Virus record (IMG/VR): IMGVR_UViG_3300027787_000004
Location: 1 to 46,561 of that record
Length of the DNA: 46,561 nt
From: a virus
Lineage: Duplodnaviria > Caudoviricetes
Strand: one strand, 5' to 3'
Below the pieces are notes generated by a model that saw nothing but the letters and a program-made list of their open reading frames with translations, had not been told where the DNA came from and searched no databases. Shown here piece by piece: positions 1-10,467 of this stretch. The translations under genes were made by a program, and so were the position numbers. Position 1 is the first letter of the stretch, and every line of letters starts with the position of its first letter.

Positions 1-4
1 CCTG

Positions 5-1162
5 ATGCCCCCCACACTCTGGTATCAGTCCGACATCGACACCACGGACATGGTCAGCATGTTCACGACCCGGCAGGCCGATTGGGCCTCGGTCCGCAAC
101 AAGATCAGCGCGATGCTCTTTTACGAGGGGCATCTGACCCACATCGACCCGGCCAACCCTTGGGCCTTGAAGCTGAATACCTGGGAGCACCTTCGGGATA
201 ACGGGGTCTTCGAGCAGCTGACCGCGTGGAACATTCCGATTGGGGTCGAGTCGGCGGCGGTCTTCGACAAGCCGGATACCGGGATCGGCATCACCGCGAT
301 GAACGAGGTGCTGAGCAATCTGGCCTCCCGCGGTGCCCATCTGAGCATCCTGAACGTGGATACTCCCCGCGGTCGCTCCATGGGGCTCGGCTACACCGAG
401 GACGAATCGGTCACCGTCTACAAGACCTTCTACGACGCGATGCGGGCGGTCACCCCGGCCCTGCAGATCGGGGAGTGGGAAGCGATCTATACCGTGGGGT
501 CGAGCGCCACGCTCAAGACGTGGTTCACCAAGTGCCGCGCCGCCGGCATCTTCGTGGACTGGTTCACCGCCGACGTGGGGTTTCATCTGGGCCAGACGAT
601 CATGGACGAACTCCTGGACTTCATCGCCTGGGCGAAGGTGCAGAGCCCGCCGCTGCCCGTCACGATTGGGATTCAACCGGGCCAGACAACCCCGGTGGAA
701 CCCGACGACGGCACCTACGTCATTCAGGCGCACGACGCGCTGACGGCAGTCCATAACAACATCCCGGGCGCCGACATCTATGCGCTCGAAGTGACCTCGT
801 GGTATGGGCGCGCGGTCTGGTACGACGATCAGATCGGGGATCGCAGCATTCCGCTGAACCTACCCGAAGGCAATGCGTGGTACAGCCATACCTGGCTGGC
901 GGCCGAGGCCGCGGCCTTCTATGGCATTCCCGACGCCGTCCGGGGCTTGGCCGGATTCAGCCATGTGGACGGGCTGAGCGGCGATCCGGTATCCAGCATC
1001 TACCGCGAGGCCGGGGGATTGGATCTTGAGCCGGCCGGCGCGATCTATGAGCTGGTCGCGGCGGGCGCGCCGGCCCCCCCGCCGACCTATCCGCTCCTGA
1101 CGCGCCTCGGCCGCGCGAGCTGGCGCGGCTCCTGGCGCGGTCCCGGGCGCGGGAGCCACTGA
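5..1162 (+). CDS. Virion accessory protein, possible glycoside-hydrolase-like barrel, with C-terminal Pro linker and RxxWRG tag
   Basis: 385 aa ORF; TGATG overlap at both ends; aromatic/acidic-rich body; ends PPPTYPLLTRLGRASWRGSWRGPGRGSH. Confidence 0.55.
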   Translation: MPPTLWYQSDIDTTDMVSMFTTRQADWASVRNKISAMLFYEGHLTHIDPANPWALKLNTWEHLRDNGVFEQLTAWNIPIGVESAAVFDKPDTGIGITAMNEVLSNLASRGAHLSILNVDTPRGRSMGLGYTEDESVTVYKTFYDAMRAVTPALQIGEWEAIYTVGSSATLKTWFTKCRAAGIFVDWFTADVGFHLGQTIMDELLDFIAWAKVQSPPLPVTIGIQPGQTTPVEPDDGTYVIQAHDALTAVHNNIPGADIYALEVTSWYGRAVWYDDQIGDRSIPLNLPEGNAWYSHTWLAAEAAAFYGIPDAVRGLAGFSHVDGLSGDPVSSIYREAGGLDLEPAGAIYELVAAGAPAPPPTYPLLTRLGRASWRGSWRGPGRGSH

Positions 1163-4100
1163 TGGCCCTCGTCAGCCCGCCGATCCTGCCGACCGAGCCC
1201 CTGCTGGCCGAATTGCTTGGCCCTGGCCCCCGCTCGGGCACGGCCCGCTATGTGCCGAGCCAGTACGCCACGCTCCAGGCGGCCGTGGACGTGGCGCGCT
1301 ACGGCGATACCATCGTCGTGGCCCCGGGCACGCAACTCACGAACACCTTGCTCCCGACCGAGGCCGCCGTGAAGGCGCGCGGCAGCTACCCGACGCGGCC
1401 GGAAAACGGCAACCCGTCGGACATCCTGATCGTCATGGGCCTGCCGTCGGGCAGCAGCCAGAAGTTCTATGACCTCGCGAACAAGACGAGCATCCCGCCC
1501 GCCACGCGCGTCCTCACGAACGCCGCCTATCCCGGCGGCAAGACGGTGATGAAGGTCTCGAACCGCGTCACGCACATCGACGCCGGCTACGATGTCAACA
1601 ACGAGACGCGCGCGACGCCGCTGCTGCCCTACTTCCCGGTCGGCGCGTCGATCAACTTCACCGCCGCCCCCTATCCGGCCTACTGGCGGTTCGTGGGCCT
1701 TGAGTTCTCCGACGGGTTTGGCTTCGACGCCGGCCACGGCTGGAATACGCCGAACAATCAGACCGAACCGCATCATCTGACGTGGGACCGCTGTCTGTTC
1801 AACAGCGATCCCGCCCGCAATGCCAGCCATCAGCTCTGCGGGGCCTACGTGACGGGCCCGGTCCGCAACTACACCGTCATCAACTCGACCTATTCCAATT
1901 TTTGCGGGCACACGGCGGGCGACGCGGGCATCCACATGTTCACGAGTGGGAGCACCTGGTATTTTGAGAACGTCGGGGCGGAATGCCTCAACTTCTTCTT
2001 CACGGGCGGCTCCGGGGGCGGCGCCTACTACGTGGGCGAGAACCCGCACGACATCGTCTTCCGCCGCTGTCACATCTGGCGCCCCGAGTTCTGGCTCCCG
2101 ACGGAGCCGTCCCCGGGCGTGAACGTGCAGCCCTCCGGCCCCTACACGGTCAACATCGACGCCGCTGGGGTGGTGAGTTACGTCTCCGGCACGCCGAGTT
2201 GGCTCGACAACGTCGACATGTTCTCGGGGCAGTGCTTTGAGAAGGGCACGTATATCTACGATCCGGCGACGGGCATCGCGCGGGAGATCGCCGGGGAACC
2301 CTACGGCTTTCGACCGGGTGGGGATGGCTCCGGGGGCTCGCGCTTCAATTTGACCCAGCCGTGGCCCGGCGGCGCCCAGACGAACCTCGTCATCTACCCG
2401 CTCTACGGCCACATGATCCACGTGAGCGGCCTGACCGCGCCCACGCAGGATCGCGCGCAGGTCAGCGGCACGAGCGTGACCTTCCTGGACGCCCCGCTCC
2501 CGGCGAAGGTCGTCTGCGAGGACGATCTGACGGTCGGTGACCGGATCGCCGGGCGCCGCGCGCACTACTTCTCGCTCGCCTCCGAGCACGACGCCAGCAT
2601 CGCGGACGGGGCGAACGTCCGCATGACCCGGCGCAAGATCCAGTCGATTGCCGCGAATCGCCTGAGCTGCACGCTGGCCAGCGCCTATCCGACGAGCGCG
2701 ACCTTCCCGTACCTGATCTCGCCCAACGACGGCCGCCTGCGCGTGGGCGAGGGCGCCTACAGCAACCGGGGCAAGGCCATCATCGAGCACAAGGGCGGCG
2801 AGCGCGTGCTCTTCGAGGGCAACATCGTCGAGAACTTCCGAGAGTATTGGCGCATCCATCCCTCCAACCAGTGGGAGGGCCGCCAGGTCGTCAATTCCAT
2901 GACGATCCAAGCCAACGGCTCCTTCCATATCAATGACGCGGGCTTCAGCCTTGAGCCGTTCATGCAGACGATGGTCACCAATCGCCACAACAACGGCGCG
3001 CCCTGGCCCTATGCCGCGTTCGTGGCCGGGTCGATCGGCTCGCCCTTCACCGGGGCCGTGGCCCTGGTGGACACGATCACCGGCGTCGATGGCACGTTCA
3101 AGGCGGGCGCGAACAATCTCGGAGCCCAGTCCAATTTTGGGCAGTTCTGGAACATGCCCGTGCCGTTCACGCGGGACCAGGACTTCACCATTCGCTACAA
3201 CCACGCGCGCGGCATGCAGCCCGGCCCGAGCATCCACGGCAACGCGATCAATGCCGCTGAAATCTGGCTCGGCGAACGGTTCTCGTACACGCACAACGTC
3301 CAGGAGGACACGGGCGACAAGAGCAAGCTCGGGGTGAATGGCGCGAGCCCCGTCGGGGCCTATGCCGACGGCGAGGCCAATTTTGCGTTCTGGCATGGCT
3401 GCAAGCGCTCGGCAGACGTGTGGCCCGGTCCGCGGTACGGGAAAAACTCCCCCATGCAGGTCGCCCACAATACCTTCGTCCGCTTCCATACCTATAAAGC
3501 CATCCCCGTGATCCAGACGATGCCGCAACTGGGCAATGGCATCCCGCAGCCGGCCGAATACTCCACGGACCTCGACTTCGACGCCAACGTGGCCGATGGG
3601 CTGACCCATGCCGGGTGCCAGATGATGGACGGCACCGGACAATACTGGGCCGCCCCGTACTCGCACGTGAGGAACGTCCTGGTCGGCGCCGGGGCGACGG
3701 CCAACAGCGCCTTCCCCGACAACGCCATCCTGACCGCCCAGGATCGCATCGGCTACGTCAATCCGACGCCCGATCCCACCGGCCTGCCGAGCCGCTTCCG
3801 GGGCGATTACAGCCTGACGGATGTGTACGCCAGCACCGGCACCATTGCGAGCGATGGGCTGGCCCTCACGATCAGCGGCACGTTCCCGGCGACCGTCGTG
3901 CCGGGCCAGTTCGTGCGCCTGACGGTCAACGGAGCGCTCAAGCGAATCATCAGCGGCGGCAGCGGCACGAACATCGTGCGCTGGTCGGGCGATGTGGGCA
4001 ATCACAGCCAGGCCACGGCCTTCACCGTCGGGTTCAAGGGCACGGCGCCGGATGGCACCGACCCGGGCGTGGACTGGGCGGGGCTTGTCGCCATGACCGC

Positions 4101-4191
4101 CGGGGTGGACACGTTGGTCGAGCCCGATAGCGCCCCAGCGGCCCCGAATCCTCGTGCCCTGACCGGCCGCGCGGCCCTGGCGGTCTTCTAG
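1162..4191 (+). CDS. Large tailspike/depolymerase-like protein (parallel beta-helix)
   Basis: 1009 aa; N-terminal VPSQYATLQAAVDVARYGDTIVVAPG typical of pectate-lyase-like beta-helices; PHDIVFRRCHI and ERVLFEGNIVEN rungs. Confidence 0.7.
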   Translation: MALVSPPILPTEPLLAELLGPGPRSGTARYVPSQYATLQAAVDVARYGDTIVVAPGTQLTNTLLPTEAAVKARGSYPTRPENGNPSDILIVMGLPSGSSQKFYDLANKTSIPPATRVLTNAAYPGGKTVMKVSNRVTHIDAGYDVNNETRATPLLPYFPVGASINFTAAPYPAYWRFVGLEFSDGFGFDAGHGWNTPNNQTEPHHLTWDRCLFNSDPARNASHQLCGAYVTGPVRNYTVINSTYSNFCGHTAGDAGIHMFTSGSTWYFENVGAECLNFFFTGGSGGGAYYVGENPHDIVFRRCHIWRPEFWLPTEPSPGVNVQPSGPYTVNIDAAGVVSYVSGTPSWLDNVDMFSGQCFEKGTYIYDPATGIAREIAGEPYGFRPGGDGSGGSRFNLTQPWPGGAQTNLVIYPLYGHMIHVSGLTAPTQDRAQVSGTSVTFLDAPLPAKVVCEDDLTVGDRIAGRRAHYFSLASEHDASIADGANVRMTRRKIQSIAANRLSCTLASAYPTSATFPYLISPNDGRLRVGEGAYSNRGKAIIEHKGGERVLFEGNIVENFREYWRIHPSNQWEGRQVVNSMTIQANGSFHINDAGFSLEPFMQTMVTNRHNNGAPWPYAAFVAGSIGSPFTGAVALVDTITGVDGTFKAGANNLGAQSNFGQFWNMPVPFTRDQDFTIRYNHARGMQPGPSIHGNAINAAEIWLGERFSYTHNVQEDTGDKSKLGVNGASPVGAYADGEANFAFWHGCKRSADVWPGPRYGKNSPMQVAHNTFVRFHTYKAIPVIQTMPQLGNGIPQPAEYSTDLDFDANVADGLTHAGCQMMDGTGQYWAAPYSHVRNVLVGAGATANSAFPDNAILTAQDRIGYVNPTPDPTGLPSRFRGDYSLTDVYASTGTIASDGLALTISGTFPATVVPGQFVRLTVNGALKRIISGGSGTNIVRWSGDVGNHSQATAFTVGFKGTAPDGTDPGVDWAGLVAMTAGVDTLVEPDSAPAAPNPRALTGRAALAVF

Positions 4192-4200
4192 GAGCCCCGC

Positions 4201-4812
4201 ATGCAAGTGCCCGTGCGCTACGCGACGTCGCAAGATGTGTACTTCCGCATGATCGTGCGCGGCAGCACGGACTTCGCTGGGTCGAGCGATTGGACGCCCG
4301 CGACCGGCGACGTGAAGCTCAGCATCGACGGCGGCGCGCTGGCGAACACGACGAACCTGCCCACGGCCGTCGGCAAGTCATGGAAGCTCACGCTGACCAC
4401 GGGCGAGACCACGGGCGGCGTGCTCATGCTCGACATCATCGACCAGGGCACGAAGGCGGTCGAGGATCAGGGGCTCGACTTCTTCACGTTTGGCAACGCC
4501 TCGGCCTACGTGCCGCGCGATCTCTATTCCTCGAATCCGCCCGGCATCAAGAAGAATACGGCGCTCAATAATTACATGTTCCGCATGTCGGACAGCGCCA
4601 CGGGTGACCCCAAGACGGGCCTGACCGTGACGGCCGAGCGGTCGCTGGACGGCGCCGCCTTCGCCGCCTGCGCCAACGCCGTGTCGGAGATCGGGAGCGG
4701 CTGGTACAAGATCACCCTGGCGGCGGGCGATGTGAACGGCGACACGGTGGCGCTCAAGTTCACGGCCACCAACGCCAAGCAGCTCGACGAGCTGATCGTG
4801 ACGGAGCCCTGA
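4201..4812 (+). CDS. Virion adaptor protein with two Ig/BppU-like beta domains
   Basis: 203 aa; two related halves (GDVKLSIDGGALANTTN..WKLTLT / ERSLDGAAFAACAN..WYKITL); RBS AGGAG. Confidence 0.6.
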   Translation: MQVPVRYATSQDVYFRMIVRGSTDFAGSSDWTPATGDVKLSIDGGALANTTNLPTAVGKSWKLTLTTGETTGGVLMLDIIDQGTKAVEDQGLDFFTFGNASAYVPRDLYSSNPPGIKKNTALNNYMFRMSDSATGDPKTGLTVTAERSLDGAAFAACANAVSEIGSGWYKITLAAGDVNGDTVALKFTATNAKQLDELIVTEP

Positions 4813-5510
4813 TGCCCTTCCGGCGCCTGCGCACGGGCGGCTACAGCCGCGTCTTCACCCCGGACTTTGTGCAGACGGCGGGCGTCGGACTGCCGATCAC
4901 GGAGACGTGGACGCACGCCGACCAGGCTAACAACCTCGACGCCGACTATGACTGGGTCTCGGTCGTGAGCGGCTGGGGCATCAGCGGCAATAAGGCCTCC
5001 CTCGCGAACGCCGGGGGCGCCACGCGCATCGACCGGCTGAACGTGGATCTGCAGACCAATGACTTCCGGGTTCGCCTGCCGATCGTGACGTTCCCGACGG
5101 ATCGAGCGGGCACGCAAGTGATCGGCGCCTGCTGCCGCCTCTCGACCGGCGGCGCATCGACGTTTTACACCTGCGGGCTGCTCTGTGCGGACGCCGGGCC
5201 GGTGTCCCTCTTCCTCGCGCGCTGGGTGAGCGGCGTGGCGACGACCTTGGCCAGCCTGACGCTGCCGAGCCTGAGCCTGCCGAATGATCTGGCGGTCAGC
5301 GCCAAAGGCACCGTCATCGGCGGCTGGTGGGCGGGGCGGCGTCGCCTCCGGGCCATCGACGCCGTCATCCCCACGGGGGGGTATGGCGGCATCCAGGGCG
5401 TGGCGCAGGGCGCGACCAACATCGTGGAGGCCTCGCAGGCCACGTTTGAGGCGGTGCCGGCGGCGGTCATCCCGCTCGATTTCGGCCGGTACTCGTTTGG
5501 GAGGAGTTAA
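4812..5510 (+). CDS. Virion protein, lectin/ConA-like beta-sandwich with short terminal tags
   Basis: 232 aa beta-rich ORF; TGATG coupling; ends VIPLDFGRYSFGRS. Confidence 0.5.
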   Translation: MPFRRLRTGGYSRVFTPDFVQTAGVGLPITETWTHADQANNLDADYDWVSVVSGWGISGNKASLANAGGATRIDRLNVDLQTNDFRVRLPIVTFPTDRAGTQVIGACCRLSTGGASTFYTCGLLCADAGPVSLFLARWVSGVATTLASLTLPSLSLPNDLAVSAKGTVIGGWWAGRRRLRAIDAVIPTGGYGGIQGVAQGATNIVEASQATFEAVPAAVIPLDFGRYSFGRS

Positions 5511-6974
5511 GTGAGCGATCGCATCGCGGGCGGCGTGAAGGCCGGCAGCACCAGCGTGACGATCAACATGCCGAAGCTGCGGGCCATCGCCGACGGCACG
5601 GAGATCACCGGGAAGGTCGCCGCCGGCCTGACCGCCTACTACTGGCGCGTCGGCGTGAGCACGCCCGTCGCGCCCACGGCCATCACGCTGTCGGACCTGG
5701 CGGCGATCACCACGGCCTGGACCTCCGGCGGCGTCAAAGAGGCCGACGCGACCAACATGAAGGGCACCTATCGGCTGGACGTGCCCAACGCGGCCTTTGC
5801 CACCGGCGCCGATGCCGTGCAAATCGACCTCTTCGCCACCGACGGCTCCTCGTTCGTCTCCTCGCTGACGATGGCCCTGGAGACCTCGGGCGCGGCCGAG
5901 GTGTTCACGGTGGTGTCGCAGATCAAGACGACCACGGACGGCTATGGCGCCACGCTGGCCGGCCTGCCGGCGTCGGTCTGGCTGAACGGCACCCGCACGC
6001 TGACCTCCGACGTGTGGGACGAGGTCGCGGCCAGCCACAACACGGCCGGCACCACCGGCGCGGTGCTGAATGCGCTGAGCGTGGCCGCCGACCCCTGGAA
6101 CGTGAGCCTGCCGGGCGCCTACGCCTCCGGTAAGGCTGGCAACATCCTCGGCAACCTGCCGGCCCCGGCCAACTCGAGCATCGCGGCCATCAAGGCGGTG
6201 ACGGACCAGTTCACCTTCCCCGCGACCGGCAAGGTGGCCGCCATCCTCCAGATCGCGGGCGACTTCCCGCAGGCGTGCGCGGACAAGGTGTGGACCAGCG
6301 CCGCGCGCACGCTAACGTCCTTCGGCACCCTCGTGGCCGACGTGGCGACGGCCGTCTGGGGCGCGACCACGCGCAGCCTCAACTCGGTTGGCACCATCGC
6401 GGCCGCGGTGTGGGAAGAGACCGCCTCCAGCCACAATACGGCCGGGACCACGGGCAACAAGCTCAACGCGGCGGCCTCGGCGGGCGATCCATGGAACACC
6501 ACCATTCCGGGCGCCTACGCGGCTGGGACGGCGGGCTACGTGGTCGGCAATCTCGGCGGCGATTCGGCCGACATCGACGCGATCAAAGCCAAGACCGATC
6601 AGTTGACCTTCAGCACGCCCAACATCGTGGATGCGACCCCGGCCGCCGGCATCACGACCACGCTGGCGACCATCCAGGCCAAGACGGACCAGCTGACCTT
6701 CACCGTGCCGAACATCGTGGACGCCAGCGGCGGCGCCACCCCGGCGGCCGTGGCCGACGCGGTGCTCAACACGGTGATGACCGAGAGCTACGCGGCTGAC
6801 GGGGCGCAGGCCACGCTGGCGCAGCTGATGTACATGCTGTGGGCGGCGGCCACCGCCGAGAAGGTGATCGTGGGCACCGACGTGTCAGTCAAGGGGCTGA
6901 ATGGCACCACCACGGTGATGCACTTCACCCTGAACGATCCGGTCAACCCGACCTCGATCACGCGGTCCAGCTGA
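5511..6974 (+). CDS. Fibre/adaptor protein with internal repeats
   Basis: 487 aa; N-terminal adaptor-like domain (GTYRLDVPNAAFATGAD); repeated SHNTAGTTG..DPWN..PGAY..IKAKTDQLTF units; RBS GGAGGAG, GTG start. Confidence 0.6.
   Translation: MSDRIAGGVKAGSTSVTINMPKLRAIADGTEITGKVAAGLTAYYWRVGVSTPVAPTAITLSDLAAITTAWTSGGVKEADATNMKGTYRLDVPNAAFATGADAVQIDLFATDGSSFVSSLTMALETSGAAEVFTVVSQIKTTTDGYGATLAGLPASVWLNGTRTLTSDVWDEVAASHNTAGTTGAVLNALSVAADPWNVSLPGAYASGKAGNILGNLPAPANSSIAAIKAVTDQFTFPATGKVAAILQIAGDFPQACADKVWTSAARTLTSFGTLVADVATAVWGATTRSLNSVGTIAAAVWEETASSHNTAGTTGNKLNAAASAGDPWNTTIPGAYAAGTAGYVVGNLGGDSADIDAIKAKTDQLTFSTPNIVDATPAAGITTTLATIQAKTDQLTFTVPNIVDASGGATPAAVADAVLNTVMTESYAADGAQATLAQLMYMLWAAATAEKVIVGTDVSVKGLNGTTTVMHFTLNDPVNPTSITRSS
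6012..6725 (+). repeat. Intragenic tandem duplications in fibre gene
   Basis: ~70-aa unit at ~6012-6218 and ~6408-6635; shorter IQAKTDQLTFTVPNIVDA copy at ~6672-6725. Confidence 0.8.
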
Positions 6975-7498
6975 TGACCCCGCCCCGCTCGTTCGTCAAG
7001 GATCTGGCGGCCTACGACCCGGCGCTCCGGGTGCGGTGGGCGAAGCACATGGGCAAGTGGCTCATCGAGCGCAAGCTGGAGCTCCGCAATCCCGCGTGGC
7101 TCGCGGAGCGCCCGCTCAACCCCTTCGGCCACAGCCCCCGCGCCAAGGATCTGTGGCAGGGCTGGCGCCAGGGCTACGTGCACGTGCTCACGGTCCCGCG
7201 CGAGCTGCTGGCATGGTCCGTCGTCGCGCCGCACCTGGCCGCCGTGGACCGCGAGCAGGCGGGGAGCTGGGAGGCGCTGATCCAGCGCATTGAGGAGGCC
7301 GACGCCAAGCTCGAGGCCGAGCGCGCCCGCAACGTCGTGAACTGGGCCGACGCCGCGGCGGGCGAGGCGGCGGACACGATCATGTGGCGGGAGGGCCACC
7401 GCGTGGCCACCTCGCACGCGCCGTCAGGGGTGGCCTCCAGCGACCGCGTGGAGACGCACGAGGGCTTCACGGTGCGCGTGCGCAAGGGGGCGGCCTAA
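6974..7498 (+). CDS. Phage hypothetical protein (precedes head-tail adaptor)
   Basis: ATG at 6974 overlaps upstream TGA; MTPPRSFVKDLAAYDPALRVRW. Confidence 0.6.
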   Translation: MTPPRSFVKDLAAYDPALRVRWAKHMGKWLIERKLELRNPAWLAERPLNPFGHSPRAKDLWQGWRQGYVHVLTVPRELLAWSVVAPHLAAVDREQAGSWEALIQRIEEADAKLEAERARNVVNWADAAAGEAADTIMWREGHRVATSHAPSGVASSDRVETHEGFTVRVRKGAA

Positions 7499-8205
7499 TG
7501 GCGGCGCCCCGGAAGACGCGCGCGCAGCTGGAGACGGCGATCCGCACCAATCTGGACGAAATCTCGCCGTCCTTCTGGGCGACGCAGGACATCCCGCAGT
7601 ACATCAACCGCGCGAAGGACCGCGTGGCGATGGAGGTGCGCAAGGTCAAGGGCGACTACCTGGAGGTCACGCGCACCTCACTCGACGGGGCGGTGACGAT
7701 CCTCGGGGAGGCCTACGACACGGCGAATTTCCGCACGGTGCCGGGGACCACCGACTACACGCTGCCGCCAGACTTCCAGGAGATGGTGTCGATCCGCTGC
7801 CGCACGGCCGGCTACGAGTGGCTGCGGCTGGCCTCCCGGCGGCAGGCGCAGCCCGACTTCCAGGCCGCGCAGGAGACCACGGCGCCTCAGACGCCGCGCT
7901 ACTACACGCTGCTCGGGGAGCGGACGCTGCGCGTGGAGCCCCTGTCGGACGTGACGCTCGACTGGGAGCTCACCTACGTGGCCGTCGTGCCGGACCTCAC
8001 CGCGCCGGACTCGACGCTCGATCTCCCGCATCCGCTCTACATGGCCGTGGAGTCGTATGCCACCGGATTGGCGCTGCTCAAGGATCACTCGCAGGACGCC
8101 GCGGCGTGGGAAGCGGCCGGCAACGCCACGATGGCGCTCTTCTTCGGCAGCACCGACCGCCAGAGCACGGACGTGGAGTACGTCCGGGCCTACTTAGAGG
8201 ATTAG
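7498..8205 (+). CDS. Head-tail adaptor protein
   Basis: TAATG start; TRAQLETAIRTNLDE..FWATQDIPQYINRA and GTTDYTLPPDF motifs typical of podoviral adaptors; directly upstream of nozzle. Confidence 0.7.
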   Translation: MAAPRKTRAQLETAIRTNLDEISPSFWATQDIPQYINRAKDRVAMEVRKVKGDYLEVTRTSLDGAVTILGEAYDTANFRTVPGTTDYTLPPDFQEMVSIRCRTAGYEWLRLASRRQAQPDFQAAQETTAPQTPRYYTLLGERTLRVEPLSDVTLDWELTYVAVVPDLTAPDSTLDLPHPLYMAVESYATGLALLKDHSQDAAAWEAAGNATMALFFGSTDRQSTDVEYVRAYLED

Positions 8206-9876
8206 ATGGCCCGGCAGTCGGCGCGCGGGCAGGGGAACCTTGAGAACTACGCGGTGTTCTCCTTCGACCGCGGTCTCGACGTGAAGACCTCGCCGCTCAA
8301 GCGCGCGGTGCTGGCCCGCCAGGACGCGCTCGTGAAGGCGAAGAACGGCGTGCTCTCCACGGCCGGCGCGGTGAGCAAGCGCCTGGACGCCGCGCTCAAG
8401 ACGGTGACCATGCTGGGGGCGATCAACACGGTGCCGCATGTGCTGACGGGCGGCCTCGGCGCCTTCACGGCGCTGAGCGACACGCGCTTTCTCGCCACGC
8501 GCGGCTTCGTGCCCACGGGCCACGAGGCGGCCATCACGGGCGGCATCGAGTTCGTGAAGTCGGACGGCACGCGCCAGGTCATCTTCGGCGCCACCGACGG
8601 CATCGTCTACAAGCTGAACCCCGACGGCACGACCACGGCCATCGACACGGGGCACACGACCGGGACGAAGTGGTACTTCGAGCAGTACAACGACAAGCTG
8701 ATCATCTGCAACCGCGCGGACGTGCCTCGCAAGTGGGACGGCGCGACGATGAGCAACCTGGGCGGCAGCCCGCCCGCGAAGGGCGGCCCGGTGCGCGCCC
8801 ACGGCAACCGCATCTTCTTCCTCGACGGCACCAACAAGTCGCGCCTGACATGGAGCGCGCTCGACAACGAGGAGGACTACACCACCACCAACAATGCGGG
8901 CAGCGTGGTCCTGGGCAATAACGATGGCTCCGACCTGGTGGACCTCGTGCCCTCGATCAACGAGCTGGTGCTGCTCAAGGGTAGCCGCCCGTACCGCCTG
9001 CAGGGCACCTCGCCCGCCACGTTCACCATCACCAACGTGGTGCCGAGCACCGGCAGCGTGGGGGCCGTCGCGAGCCGCGCCGCCGCCTTCGCGCTCAACG
9101 ATGTGTGGTACTTGAGCAGCCCCGGCGTGGTGCGCCTGACCGCCGTGCTCGGCTTCGGCGACCTCCGGGCCAGCTTCCCGTCGTCCTCGATCCAGCCGTA
9201 CTTCGACCCCAACACCGAGTTCTCGCTGTCGCTGCTGCATCTGGACGAGGCGGTGATGGTGTACGACGCGCAGTCCAATCGCCTGTACATCGGCGTGGAC
9301 AGCGACGGCGATGCGAAGAACGACACCATGCTGGTCTACGACCTGACCACGCAGGGGTGGACCACGTGGGAGGGCCTGTCGATCGCCTCGCTCTGGCCCG
9401 TGCGCAACGCGCTCACCGGCCAGACGGACATCTACATGGGCGGCTACGACGGGCGCATCCGGGCGCTCAACCAGGCCACGCACACGGAGGCCGTGGACTT
9501 CGAGGTGCGGCATCTGACGGCCCTGGGTGCGCCCGGTGTGGAGAAGAGCCTGCGCCACGTCTTCCTCTACTTCCGGCAGGAGGGCAACGTCACCGTGACG
9601 GTCGATTTCAAGTTCGACTTCGAGTCGAACCCGAGCCAGACGTTCACCGTCTCGCTCCTCGGCGGGGCCAAGACGCTCGGCGTCAACTGGGTGCTCGGCG
9701 TGGATCCGCTCGGGCTGCGCTCCCAGGTGGTCAAGCGGCTGGACGTGCACGGCGGCGGCGAGTTCGTGGAGATCGGCGTGCGCAACACCGAGGCCGGCCA
9801 GCCCGTCACCTGGTACGGCTACGAAGCGCTCTATCGCGTCAAGCGGCTGGTGCGCCGCGGAACCCAGGTGGCCTGA
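8206..9876 (+). CDS. Tail nozzle / DNA-stabilisation protein (beta-propeller, P22 gp10/T7 gp12-like)
   Basis: 556 aa beta-rich; propeller-type motifs (HGNRIFF..SRLTWSALD, LVYDLTTQGWTTW); position after adaptor. Confidence 0.72.
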   Translation: MARQSARGQGNLENYAVFSFDRGLDVKTSPLKRAVLARQDALVKAKNGVLSTAGAVSKRLDAALKTVTMLGAINTVPHVLTGGLGAFTALSDTRFLATRGFVPTGHEAAITGGIEFVKSDGTRQVIFGATDGIVYKLNPDGTTTAIDTGHTTGTKWYFEQYNDKLIICNRADVPRKWDGATMSNLGGSPPAKGGPVRAHGNRIFFLDGTNKSRLTWSALDNEEDYTTTNNAGSVVLGNNDGSDLVDLVPSINELVLLKGSRPYRLQGTSPATFTITNVVPSTGSVGAVASRAAAFALNDVWYLSSPGVVRLTAVLGFGDLRASFPSSSIQPYFDPNTEFSLSLLHLDEAVMVYDAQSNRLYIGVDSDGDAKNDTMLVYDLTTQGWTTWEGLSIASLWPVRNALTGQTDIYMGGYDGRIRALNQATHTEAVDFEVRHLTALGAPGVEKSLRHVFLYFRQEGNVTVTVDFKFDFESNPSQTFTVSLLGGAKTLGVNWVLGVDPLGLRSQVVKRLDVHGGGEFVEIGVRNTEAGQPVTWYGYEALYRVKRLVRRGTQVA

Positions 9877-10466
9877 TGCCCGTCACATTGCCCGTCGTCC
9901 TCGTGAATGGCGTCGTCCCCGTCGCCGAAGACTTCATGGCGGACTTCAACGCGCTCAAGATCGCCATCGACGCGCTCGAGAACACCGGCACCGTCATCCC
10001 GGCCGGCATCGTCAAGGGCTTCGCCGGCCCCGTGGTGCCGACGGGCTGGCTCACGTGCGACGGGGCGGCGGTGAGCCGCAGCAGCTACAGCGGCCTCTTC
10101 GCGGCCATCGGCACCACGTGGGGCGTGGGCGATGGCGCCACCACGTTCAACCTGCCCGATCTGCGCGGGCGCACCCTCGTGGGCGCGGGCGTGGGGACTG
10201 GGCTCAGCGCCCGCACGCTGGCTGCCCTGTTCGGCACGGAGACGCACGTGCTGACCTCGGCACAGATCCCGAGCCACACGCACGGCATCCCCAACCAGGG
10301 CCCGCTCGGGTTCGCGGCGGGCTCGGATTCGGTGACGTTCTCGGGCGCGGGCTACGCGACGAACTTCGGCACCGTGTTCGACGGCGCGCTGTCGGGGGCA
10401 CCGGGCGGCCAGGCCCACCCGAACACGCAGCCCTCTGCCGTCATTCAGTGGGTGATCAAGACCTGA
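9876..10466 (+). CDS. Tail fibre protein with phage tail-collar domain
   Basis: PAGIVKGFAG..PTGWLTCDGAAVSRSSYSGLFAAIGTTWGVGDGATTFNLPDLRGR and ETHVLTSAQIPSHTH: canonical collar domain. Confidence 0.9.
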   Translation: MPVTLPVVLVNGVVPVAEDFMADFNALKIAIDALENTGTVIPAGIVKGFAGPVVPTGWLTCDGAAVSRSSYSGLFAAIGTTWGVGDGATTFNLPDLRGRTLVGAGVGTGLSARTLAALFGTETHVLTSAQIPSHTHGIPNQGPLGFAAGSDSVTFSGAGYATNFGTVFDGALSGAPGGQAHPNTQPSAVIQWVIKT

Positions 10467-10467
10467 T

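Noticed and set aside
1087-4233. 1048-aa minus-strand ORF (likewise 4572-6038, 8194-9750, 11608-13545, 38871-40805, 41994-44459, 44740-46554)
   Set aside because: Antisense shadows of real + strand genes, typical of high-GC codon bias; Arg/His/Gly-rich with no recognisable motifs
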